DNA from: Rickettsiales bacterium
Lineage (GTDB): Bacteria; Pseudomonadota; Alphaproteobacteria; Rickettsiales; SXRF01
NCBI GenBank assembly: GCA_041396965.1
Contig: JAWKXN010000001.1
Location: 1,961,679-2,025,678 of the forward strand
Direction of reading: 5' to 3'
DNA: 64,000 bases
Shown: positions 53,768 to 61,823 of the stretch, piece after piece
Numbering within the stretch: the stretch's first letter is position 1
Layout of the letters: the number at the start of each line of letters is the position of its first letter
Made by a program: the position numbers and the translations under genes
Notes under the pieces: generated by a model
Told to the model about the DNA's origin: nothing
The model's input: only the letters and a program-made list of their open reading frames with translations
Databases searched by the model: none

Positions 53768-54823
53768 ATGAAAATAGCAAACAGAGAAATAGGAACAGAC
53801 CAGCCACCATTCATCATAGCTGAGCTTTCAGGTAATCATGATGGCTCACTGGAAAAAGCCATAGCTTTGGTTGAGGCGGCGGCAAAAGCTGGAGCGGATG
53901 CTATAAAACTCCAAACATATACTGCTGACACTATGACTATCAATTGCAAAAGTGATGATTTTCTAATAAGCGACAAGGAAAGCCTGTGGAGCGGCTACTA
54001 TCTTTATGATTTATATGAACGCGCACACACACCATGGCAATGGCACGAAACTCTATTCAACCGAGCGAAAGAACTTGGCATGATAGCTTTTTCCACCCCA
54101 TTTGACGCTACCGCCGTTGATTTTTTGGAAAAACTGAATGTACCGTGCTATAAGATCGCCTCATTTGAAAATACCGATATACCGCTCATCAAAAAAGTAG
54201 CCGCCACCGGCAAACCAATGATTATATCCTGTGGAATGGCACAAAAGGAAGAAATAAAAGAGGCGGTGGAAACCGCGCGTAACGCTGGTGCTAAAGATAT
54301 TTGTCTGCTTAAATGCACCAGCAGCTATCCAGCGCGTATAGAAGACGCTAATCTGCGAACAATCAACGATTTGCGGGAATCATTCTCCACCCATGTCGGC
54401 ATATCCGACCATACGCTTGGAATCACCGTTCCAGTAGCGGCGGTGGCTATGGGTGCTTGCGTAATAGAAAAGCATATAGTGCTAAAACGTGGTGGCGGTG
54501 AGGTAGATGGTGATTTCTCAATTGAACCGGAAGAGTTACAACAAATGCGAGAAGCTGTTGATATTGCGTGGAAATCCAGAGGAAAAATCTCATATGGTCC
54601 GGCAAGCGCTAAAGAAGAATCCTCAAAAATATTCCGCCGTTCAATATATGCAAGCAAAGACATAAAAAAGGGCGAAGTATTTACCACTGATAATATACGA
54701 GTCATCCGCCCCAATAATGGGTTAGAGCCAAAATATTTTGAGGACATAATCGGCAAGAAAGCAGCCGCAGACTTACAGTTCGGCACCGCACTAAAACATG
54801 AACATATTGATTATAAAATCTAA
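53768..54823 (+). CDS. pseI: Pseudaminic acid synthase (NeuB family)
   Basis: FIIAELSGNHDGSLEKA...AGADAIKLQTY, and a C-terminal SAF/antifreeze-like domain. Confidence 0.85.
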   Translation: MKIANREIGTDQPPFIIAELSGNHDGSLEKAIALVEAAAKAGADAIKLQTYTADTMTINCKSDDFLISDKESLWSGYYLYDLYERAHTPWQWHETLFNRAKELGMIAFSTPFDATAVDFLEKLNVPCYKIASFENTDIPLIKKVAATGKPMIISCGMAQKEEIKEAVETARNAGAKDICLLKCTSSYPARIEDANLRTINDLRESFSTHVGISDHTLGITVPVAAVAMGACVIEKHIVLKRGGGEVDGDFSIEPEELQQMREAVDIAWKSRGKISYGPASAKEESSKIFRRSIYASKDIKKGEVFTTDNIRVIRPNNGLEPKYFEDIIGKKAAADLQFGTALKHEHIDYKI

Positions 54824-54962
54824 ATATTTGTCTAACTTTTAAGGCTCTATGTTAAGTAAAATCTTAACCTTGCGATATTTATACTAACATAGTATACGTT
54901 ACTTCATACATATTAGCGAATCAGCTTTACGGCACACATCTAAACACCATCAGGAATTAATT

Positions 54963-56264
54963 ATGAGGTCTTATTTACGTAAGGCACGGCTTACCCTTTT
55001 TTCAATCAATTTATGGCGCAGAAGGCTGGTGTTTTGGTTTGGCGCGATCACCGTTGGTATTATATCATCCTATTTTGCGCTAGCGGTTGATGAAACTAAC
55101 AAAATCTTTGAGCAATGGATAAAGCCAAACCCGCTACTTACATTAATCATATCACCATTAATATTTGCTTTATGCGCTTGGCTTACCAGTTTCGTGCCAA
55201 CCGTTCGTGGCAGCGGCATACCACAGGTTATCGCCGCCCGTGTATTGCGTGACCCTAAAAATCGGGAGAGGTTATTGGGAATCCACATCGCTTTTATAAA
55301 AATATTCCTAACTCTTCTCGGCTTACTTGCTGGTGCCTCTATCGGACGTGAAGGTCCGACAGTGCAGGTTGGAGCGTCCATAATGCTTCTATGCGCTACT
55401 ATCGGCGGAATCAGCGCACAACGTGGAGTTGTACTCGCCGGAGCCGCAGCAGGAGTCGCTGCCGCTTTCAACACCCCACTTGCCGGTATCGTATTCGCTA
55501 TAGAGGAAATGGCACGTGCTTTTGAACATAGAAACAGCTCTATTGTCCTTATCGCCATAGTGCTGTCAGGCGGAGCAGCCATGTCAATCATGGGTAATTA
55601 TGACTATTTTGGCTACACTGATATTTATATCCCATTAAATAGCAGTTGGTTGCCAATTTTGATAATTGGAGGTGTAGGCGGTATATGTGGCGGGATATTC
55701 GCCCGTCTTATCACTAATGGAGAAGGGTTTTTGCGTAATAGATTCGGGAAATTTGGAATAAAACGTCCGATATTATTTGCTGCTATCTGTGGTCTTACAG
55801 TTGCTGCTATCGGCATAATGAGTGGCGGTATTACATATGGCACCGGTTATACTCTCGGTCACGATCTACTACACGGTAAACTAGAAGCCGAATGGTGGCA
55901 AATGCCTGCAAAATTACTAGCGACTACCCTATCAACCATCAGTGGCATACCAGGTGGTATTTTTTCCCCTAGCCTTTCAGTTGGCGCATCTCTTGGAGCG
56001 GGAATAGCTGATTGGTTTCCGTCTATACAGACGCAGGGGGTTATAGTGCTTGCTATGGTCGCTTATTTCGCTGGCGTTACCCAAGCGCCAATCACCGCTT
56101 TTGTTATCGTCCTTGAAATTACCGGAAATGCCACCGACGCTGTACCGCTAATCGCCGCTGGTGTAATCGCCACCGCGATCAGCAGGATGATAAGCCCAAC
56201 CTCACTATATCACTCGCTGGCAAAATCATTTATGCTAGACGAGAAAGCAGCAAAAACTGCATAA
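54963..56264 (+). CDS. ClC-family voltage-gated chloride channel / H+-Cl- antiporter
   Basis: GSGIP, GREGP and GIFSPS selectivity-filter motifs. Confidence 0.9.
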   Translation: MRSYLRKARLTLFSINLWRRRLVFWFGAITVGIISSYFALAVDETNKIFEQWIKPNPLLTLIISPLIFALCAWLTSFVPTVRGSGIPQVIAARVLRDPKNRERLLGIHIAFIKIFLTLLGLLAGASIGREGPTVQVGASIMLLCATIGGISAQRGVVLAGAAAGVAAAFNTPLAGIVFAIEEMARAFEHRNSSIVLIAIVLSGGAAMSIMGNYDYFGYTDIYIPLNSSWLPILIIGGVGGICGGIFARLITNGEGFLRNRFGKFGIKRPILFAAICGLTVAAIGIMSGGITYGTGYTLGHDLLHGKLEAEWWQMPAKLLATTLSTISGIPGGIFSPSLSVGASLGAGIADWFPSIQTQGVIVLAMVAYFAGVTQAPITAFVIVLEITGNATDAVPLIAAGVIATAISRMISPTSLYHSLAKSFMLDEKAAKTA

Positions 56265-56345
56265 ATTCGCTTACTGCAAAATTGTGTAACCTATGTCTCG
56301 AGAATAAAGTGTTACCTATCTCTCCGGTATGTACCTTTTTATTAA

Positions 56346-56422
56346 TGGCGATCCCGGAGGGATTCGAACCCCCGACATTCAGCTTAGAAGGCTGACGCTC
56401 TATCCAACTGAGCTACGGGATC
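56346..56422 (-). tRNA. tRNA-Arg (anticodon UCU)
   Basis: Hand-folded cloverleaf: acceptor GATCCCG/CGGGATC, D-arm GCTC/GAGC, anticodon stem TCAGC/GCTGA with loop CTTCTAA, T-loop TTCGAAT, encoded CCA. Confidence 0.9.
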
Positions 56423-56606
56423 GCATAACAAAAGCCTGAGGAGCACGGAATATAGCCACTTAAGCCGGTTTTTGTAAATAAAAATAAAACAAAAAAGCTT
56501 TTTTCACCCAGAAATATTGTATATAGCTGTTGACAGTCTGAAGGCAATAGATATTTATAGCTGGAAAATGTTATCCATACCATAAACGGCTATTCATTTG
56601 TGTAAT

Positions 56607-56683
56607 GGGCGGTTAGCTCAGTTGGTTAGAGCGCTACGTTGACATCGTAGAGGTCGGAGATTCGAGTTCTCTACCGCCCACCA
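56607..56683 (+). tRNA. tRNA-Val (anticodon GAC)
   Basis: Hand-folded cloverleaf: acceptor GGGCGGT/ACCGCCC, anticodon stem CTACG/CGTAG with loop TTGACAT, T-arm GGAGA-TTCGAGT-TCTCT, encoded CCA. Confidence 0.9.
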
Positions 56684-56839
56684 GCCTACGCTCTTTGAGC
56701 TTCGGCTCGGCAAGCCAGCTTGTCGCATCGTAGCGCCTTCGGGTGCAAATATGGATGGTTTGACGAAACGAACGAGATTAGAGCGAAGGTCTGTCGCGCT
56801 GTAGTTGCGTTAGCAACATAGGCGGACTATAAAAGCATC

Positions 56840-57079
56840 ATGAAGTATGTTTGTATCTTACAAAGTGAATCTAATGAATATCGCTATTATACTGGCATAG
56901 CCGATGACGTAAATGCGCGTCTAATCAAACACAATGCGGGTGAAGTTCTGCATACATCCAAGTACAAACCATGACACCTGAAAACATACATAGCTTTTAC
57001 TGATGAAAAGAAAGCATTCAGGTTTGAAAAATATCTCAAATCAGGTTCAGGAAGGGCGCTAGTCAAAAAGAGGTTGTAA
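56840..57079 (+). pseudogene. Small GIY-YIG nuclease-family gene interrupted by an in-frame TGA
   Basis: Reads MKYVCILQSE..YYTGIADDVNARLIKHNAGEVLHTSKYKP*HLKTYIAFTDEKKAFRFEKYLKSGSGRALVKKRL. The stop at 56972-56974 sits where relatives have Trp (..KxRPW..). Confidence 0.7.
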
Positions 57080-57228
57080 CATTCATAAAGAATAATTGCT
57101 CAAGACCATACATAATCTCATATGTGTTTTTGAGCTTACCATTTATCTGTATTGCTATAAAATCACGACCAGCCTATTCGTTAGGTGTTTGGTATAATCG
57201 GTTGATGATGTAGGTTTGAGGAGGATAC

Positions 57229-57783
57229 GTGGTAAAAGAGGATGGATTTTTACGAATTTTTTTTTTGCTATATGATCCCTATAAAACACACCCATGGAGA
57301 AGGTTCTGGGCACGATGGGTTGATTATTCCATTTGGGGATTTTTCTTATTTTCTGCACTTGTATTTTTTATTCTGAATAGTGGATTAGTCTTTCCAGAGT
57401 ATCTTGATAATAGGGTGTTTTTGTCTATTTCAATTGTTACTACGTGGGTAATTATAGAGCCATTCTTTATAGCGCTTTGGGGAAGCACTCCTGGAAAATG
57501 GATGCTTGGTGTTAAAGTGCTACGGATAGAAGGAAACAAACTTTCTTTATCTGAAAGTGTACTCAGAAGTATTCAGGTATGGTTGAAGGGGTTGGCTATA
57601 GGCTTTCCTTTGTTCAATTTATTTGCAATGGCTAGGGCGCGAACAAAACTAGTCAACGAAGGCTCTACATCTTGGGATACCCCGAAGGGAAATCAAGTAT
57701 TTATTTCCAAACCTAGCTGGCTTGGTATAGTTATGCTTGTGCTGTGGCTAACCTTCTATATCTATATGGCTACATTAAGGTGA
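57229..57783 (+). CDS. RDD-family membrane protein
   Basis: GTG start preceded by GAGGAGG. WRRFWARWVDY... is RDD-like, with three TM segments. Confidence 0.6.
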   Translation: MVKEDGFLRIFFLLYDPYKTHPWRRFWARWVDYSIWGFFLFSALVFFILNSGLVFPEYLDNRVFLSISIVTTWVIIEPFFIALWGSTPGKWMLGVKVLRIEGNKLSLSESVLRSIQVWLKGLAIGFPLFNLFAMARARTKLVNEGSTSWDTPKGNQVFISKPSWLGIVMLVLWLTFYIYMATLR

Positions 57784-57844
57784 ACGCTTCATAGGTTCCG
57801 AAATTAGTTTCATCGCTTAGGTAGCTTGTCTTGTGTCTATTGTA

Positions 57845-57887
57845 CTCCGCCAGTTTACGCAAGCGGTCTTATGGCGCGAATAAACTA
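57845..57887 (+). repeat. 43-nt repeat element, copy B
   Basis: CTCCGCCAGTTTACGCAAGCGGTCTTATGGCGCGAATAAACTA. 38/43 identical to copy A, and also in a convergent spacer. Confidence 0.8.
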
Positions 57888-57979
57888 ATCTAGTACAGTC
57901 CCAAATATTTTATCTACTTGTTAAATATTCTCTCCAATTTTACAATACAACACTCAAACCAAGTAATATATCAACAAAC

Positions 57980-59263
57980 CTAAAACATATGAGTCAAAAC
58001 ACCACGCCTTGCTTTACGCCATATTTTCTTGATAGTATCGCTAAATCCCATACAAGAAATAAGGTCAGCAATTTTCTGTTTTAATGTTTTTTTCTCTGGT
58101 TTTTCAGCATATTTTCTAATTTGGCTCCTTTTCTCAAGCAATTCTGCTGATGGCTCCCACTGCTCTATTCGCCTCTCTATTAATTCTAGCCAATCTCCTC
58201 GCACACCATGCTCTCTAGCGTAACTAGCGATGCTTTTTATTTCTGAAAGTTTACCTTCAGTTTTTATATCCATTCCTTCTACATTTTTGATATTAATATC
58301 TCCACTGAAGCAAGCGGGAGTTTCTATCATACCAGTAGCTAAGAAGTTTAGGCGGGTTCTTGTGCATTTTTCACAACAACCGCAATTTCCACTTTGATCA
58401 CCACCCGCCCAACACACTTTAAGCACTTCACTAGCTGTATTATTTTGCGCTATTTTTGCCACTTTTTCCGTTCGTGAGAATCCTGCCCCATAATGAATTA
58501 TCTCCATCATATTATTAGACATCATAAAGTCTGTTACTGGACTAGATCCCCATGGCAATAAAAATTCATCATAAGGATCCGAACTACCAATTAAACCAAA
58601 ATCAAATTCATCTCCATACATCAGCAAACACGCCGCAAGCTCAAGACCGTGAGAATCATCCCATTTCTGCATTCTAAGCTCTCTACTATTTGTACGTATT
58701 GTCCTAAGATCAATAGACAACTCATCTAGCAATGGAGATGTACGTTTCATTAACTTTGTAAAATCCTTATGATTATAAATATCAATATCAAAACCATGCA
58801 CCATAAGCGCAGTATTTACATCATACCTTTTATACTCTGGAATTTTACTATCTTTGTTATTTAGTATATTAAATATAGCATCAACACCGCCTGAGAATAA
58901 AGTTATCGCTTTCTGCTTATCCCCAGATTTATGGATATTTATCACCTCATTTGGAATAATATCAATTTTCTTATATAAATCCGGTTTCCAACAATTCCAC
59001 GCAAGCAACAACTCTTCCATATTACGGATAGCTTTGGCCGACATAATACCATTTACTCGTAAATCTTTGCCTTGTTCTGCGGCATGCAATAAAACAGCGA
59101 GAACATTAGCGTCAACCGGACTTCTCTTTGACCAAAGAACCTCTCGATCAAATTCATAGAATATCTCTATCTTCTTCGCTGTTTCACTATCAGTTAATAT
59201 TGTGGTTCTTTTAGTTTTATTATCAATTACTTGATTTTCTACCGAAAGTTCTAAATATCGCAT
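57980..59263 (-). CDS. Divergent PP-loop ATP-pyrophosphatase superfamily protein (QueC-like core with unique N- and C-terminal extensions)
   Basis: PP-loop LFSGGVDA (58877-58894) and a QueC-type Zn motif C-x9-CGCCEKCTRTR (58364-58384 for CGxCxxC). The roughly 115-aa N-domain and the helical C-tail are unassigned. Confidence 0.6.
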   Translation of the reverse strand: MRYLELSVENQVIDNKTKRTTILTDSETAKKIEIFYEFDREVLWSKRSPVDANVLAVLLHAAEQGKDLRVNGIMSAKAIRNMEELLLAWNCWKPDLYKKIDIIPNEVINIHKSGDKQKAITLFSGGVDAIFNILNNKDSKIPEYKRYDVNTALMVHGFDIDIYNHKDFTKLMKRTSPLLDELSIDLRTIRTNSRELRMQKWDDSHGLELAACLLMYGDEFDFGLIGSSDPYDEFLLPWGSSPVTDFMMSNNMMEIIHYGAGFSRTEKVAKIAQNNTASEVLKVCWAGGDQSGNCGCCEKCTRTRLNFLATGMIETPACFSGDINIKNVEGMDIKTEGKLSEIKSIASYAREHGVRGDWLELIERRIEQWEPSAELLEKRSQIRKYAEKPEKKTLKQKIADLISCMGFSDTIKKIWRKARRGVLTHMF

Positions 59264-59456
59264 ATTCTTACATAAGTTAATAAATAATTAATACAATGGT
59301 AACTATTTATACTTTTATTAAGAATATGTAAAGATTTTTTAACTATTTTTTAACCAAAAAAGCATAAAGACATGATAATAGCAGAATTATTTCTTTATAT
59401 TCAATAGCTTATCATGCAGGCAATGACTATTTTTATTATCCATAAAATCGGTCATA

Positions 59457-59572
59457 AACCACCACTTTTAAGTGGTAAACAAGTAATAGTTTACATGCGT
59501 AGCATGTACGCTTATTGCTCCAACCACTTTAGTGGTAATCCAACCTGCCGACTTCAGTCGGTAGTGGTTGAG
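59457..59572. ncRNA. Hairpin-dense segment with repeated ACCAC/GTGGT arms; candidate structured RNA or leader, strand unknown
   Basis: Stems: 59461-59476, 59492-59508, 59523-59536, 59546-59563. An alternative long-range pairing is 59521-59527 with 59564-59570. Confidence 0.3.
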
Positions 59573-59711
59573 TATAACTACAAGACAACAACTATGAATA
59601 GCCATTAACTATATATAATATATATATAGATTTACGTATTTGTATAAATTCTATTGTATTGCAATTGATAAAACTGCCCTTCAGATTAAAAGAGCCAAAG
59701 ATTCTTACACA

Positions 59712-60695
59712 CTAGGTAAGCTCTATTATCTTTTCACTTAAAGATTCAACAACCCCAAACCATGTTGTCTTTTTGAATTTCATATTATGGAGAAAATTCT
59801 TCATTGAATCCGATGGATCAATTCCATACAAGTTAAGTCTTTCAAAATTATCCCTGACAAAGATCACAGACAAAATAGTTTGTTCTTCAACATGTCCAGT
59901 TTTAGGGTTTAGTATATCGTCATTTGCATTAACTAACACCTTATCTATAGGTAACAATTCATAAAGTTCACGCGCTACACGTAAAACACAGCTACATACA
60001 TAATCTTGATAAAGTTCATTAAACTCACCTTTAGGCATTTTCTTGGTTGATAATGTACCACTCTGTCGTAAACTATATTTTTCTTGTGGAACTACTTCTT
60101 CACTATGTACATTAAGATTGACCGTCATATTTCCAGTTTCATCTATATTAAATCTCAGACTAGAACCAAGTTCTTCAATCCCTAAGAACGGATTAAATTC
60201 TAGAACCGCATCTAAGTAAGATTTAGGGTCTTTATTCAATAACTTTTCAGCAATATCTCTCTCTTTTTCCCAAAGCGCGTATTTTTTAATAAAATCTGAT
60301 AAATCACTTTGATATTGACTCTCGTCCTCACCTATCGCTTTTGTTATGGCATGCTTCAAAGAAGTCTTCTTTTTATGCACATTACGAAATATTTTGTTCA
60401 AAATATTGGGTTTAAAATTCTCATATTTACTCTGCGCGTTAGCTTCATTATAGCCAGTACGTTTAGGCTCAGATGGTGGTTTTTTCTTCGCTTTTGCGTT
60501 CCAATTATTTTTTTTACTATTACAATCAGTATGGATAGAAGTAATTTGCTTTATATACTCTTCAAAAGCATTTACCGTATTCTCAGCATCTTCAAGAGCC
60601 TGAAGTTTGGCTTGCCGCTTTTGTCTACGCTCAGCTTCCCGCGCTGACCGTCTCATATCAGCCTCAATAGATCTTAACATCCCTTTCCAGCCCAT
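59712..60695 (-). CDS. Hypothetical protein: N-terminal Arg/Glu-rich coiled coil, Lys-rich linker, C-terminal globular domain of about 170 aa and unknown fold
   Basis: Long ORF with a coherent composition and no recognisable catalytic motif. Starts MGWKGMLRSIEADMRRSAREAERRQKRQ. Confidence 0.5.
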   Translation of the reverse strand: MGWKGMLRSIEADMRRSAREAERRQKRQAKLQALEDAENTVNAFEEYIKQITSIHTDCNSKKNNWNAKAKKKPPSEPKRTGYNEANAQSKYENFKPNILNKIFRNVHKKKTSLKHAITKAIGEDESQYQSDLSDFIKKYALWEKERDIAEKLLNKDPKSYLDAVLEFNPFLGIEELGSSLRFNIDETGNMTVNLNVHSEEVVPQEKYSLRQSGTLSTKKMPKGEFNELYQDYVCSCVLRVARELYELLPIDKVLVNANDDILNPKTGHVEEQTILSVIFVRDNFERLNLYGIDPSDSMKNFLHNMKFKKTTWFGVVESLSEKIIELT

Positions 60696-60723
60696 AACAA
60701 ACCATACATTGTTTCATAATTTA

Positions 60724-61218
60724 CTAAACTATTGCGCTAAAATTCTTATCCAACTCCTTAAGAGCGCCATTTATGAAGTTTACCTCAGACCTTGCGAAAA
60801 AATGGCCGGTAATTCCGCTGTACTCATCAATTATTATCTTACGAGCGGTATCTTTATAAAAAAACATCTCAAATATTGCACAGCGCAAGATAGAGACAAG
60901 TATCGGACTAGTTCGCTCCGCCCCCCACTTTTCGCTTATCACCATCCCTATACGTTTTTCTATATCACCACTCCACTTAACGACACCTTCCAAAATATCC
61001 TTAAGCAGAGAATAATTAGGTTCCAGCTTCACTCCAAACCGTAATTTTTGCTCATCCTTATTATTAGCCACATGTTTTTTAAGCTCGGCTATCTGCACCT
61101 CCGGCGATATATCGCTACTTACCGCTAGCTTCTCATAAATACACTGAACAGCCGCCATCCTAGCGGCTCTTTTTTTCTGTAGTGACTGATTATGTCCAGA
61201 TTTTCTCACTTCACTCAT
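60724..61218 (-). CDS. nusB: Transcription antitermination factor NusB
   Basis: RAARMAAVQCIY... is NusB-like. Classic ribH-nusB pairing with a 4-nt overlap. Confidence 0.9.
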   Translation of the reverse strand: MSEVRKSGHNQSLQKKRAARMAAVQCIYEKLAVSSDISPEVQIAELKKHVANNKDEQKLRFGVKLEPNYSLLKDILEGVVKWSGDIEKRIGMVISEKWGAERTSPILVSILRCAIFEMFFYKDTARKIIIDEYSGITGHFFARSEVNFINGALKELDKNFSAIV

Positions 61219-61658
61219 TGCTCAGACATAACCTTATTTTTTATAGTGATAAGCTTAAGGCAAGCCTCCACCGCCGCCTTTCCTTTATTGCCTTCACCAA
61301 CGCTCGCCCGCTTAAAAGCCTGCTCATAATCCTCTACGGTGAGTATCCCATAGCCAATCGGAATATTATATCTAAGAGATAGATTCATAATACCACGCGC
61401 GCTTTCACCACAAACATAATCATAGTGCGAAGTCTCTCCACGAATCACACAACCAAGCGCTACATACCCGTCATATTTGCCACTAGCTACCGCCATATTG
61501 ATAGCCGGAGGTATCTCAAAAGCACCGGGTACTTCAATCTCCTCAAAATTGGCGTTCATATGCTCTAGAGTCCGCCTCGCTCCCGACAACAGCTCGTTAG
61601 AAATTTCAGGGTAAAAATTGGCCGATACAACCAATATATGCGGCGATAGATGAAACAT
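61215..61658 (-). CDS. ribH: 6,7-dimethyl-8-ribityllumazine synthase
   Basis: VPGAFEIP and GCVIRGETSHYDYV motifs. Confidence 0.95.
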   Translation of the reverse strand: MFHLSPHILVVSANFYPEISNELLSGARRTLEHMNANFEEIEVPGAFEIPPAINMAVASGKYDGYVALGCVIRGETSHYDYVCGESARGIMNLSLRYNIPIGYGILTVEDYEQAFKRASVGEGNKGKAAVEACLKLITIKNKVMSEQ

Positions 61659-61823
61659 ATAACTTCCTCTTGATTATTTTTTAGCTATGGTCATTTAAGG
61701 TAATCTTTACCGCAAATGACTATCAAAATCAATGCGTAAGAGCATTGATTTTACGCCGCGTAGCGAGCGAGACAACTTTATTTTTATGAGGAAAAATAAA
61801 GTTAAACTACTATACTTTATCAG

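Noticed and set aside
56265-56345. The direct repeat gtgtaacctatgtctc / gtgttacctatctctc next to the 3' end of tRNA-Arg could be an integration att site.
   Set aside because: The repeats are short, imperfect and only about 24 nt apart. No integrase gene is present and neither repeat overlaps the tRNA body.
56684-56839. The segment after tRNA-Val has two UUCG-tetraloop hairpins (gagc-ttcg-gctc, gcgcc-ttcg-ggtgc) and an 8-nt match (catcgtag) to the tRNA anticodon arm. It could be a tRNA fragment or a small RNA.
   Set aside because: The match is too short to call a partial tRNA duplication, and no cloverleaf can be drawn. It is noted only as context for the islet.
56972-56974. TGA at a conserved Trp position in the GIY-YIG gene might mean TGA is recoded as Trp (genetic code 4), as in some reduced endosymbionts.
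   Set aside because: Well-supported genes in this window end at TGA at their expected C-termini: comF at 16927-16929, pseG at 51754-51756 and the 9117-10007 ORF. Trp is encoded by TGG throughout. A nonsense mutation is the simpler reading.
59457-59572. The repeated hairpin units could be a mini-CRISPR array, a type III toxin-antitoxin RNA repeat or a T-box leader.
   Set aside because: Only two imperfect units are present and they have different spacing rules. There are no cas or toxin endoribonuclease genes. The GTGGTAA segments do not match the T-box consensus or its specifier and terminator architecture. The region is kept only as an unclassified structured region.
59414-59608. A 64-aa plus-strand ORF in the islet spacer.
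   Set aside because: There is no ribosome-binding site or motif. It simply spans the hairpin-rich region, and its composition looks like translated structured or AT-rich DNA.
61659-61823. An FMN (RFN) riboswitch inside the rib operon.
   Set aside because: The conserved GC-rich RFN core segments are not present. The spacer is AT-rich simple hairpins, and it lies between ribBA and ribH rather than at an operon 5' end.
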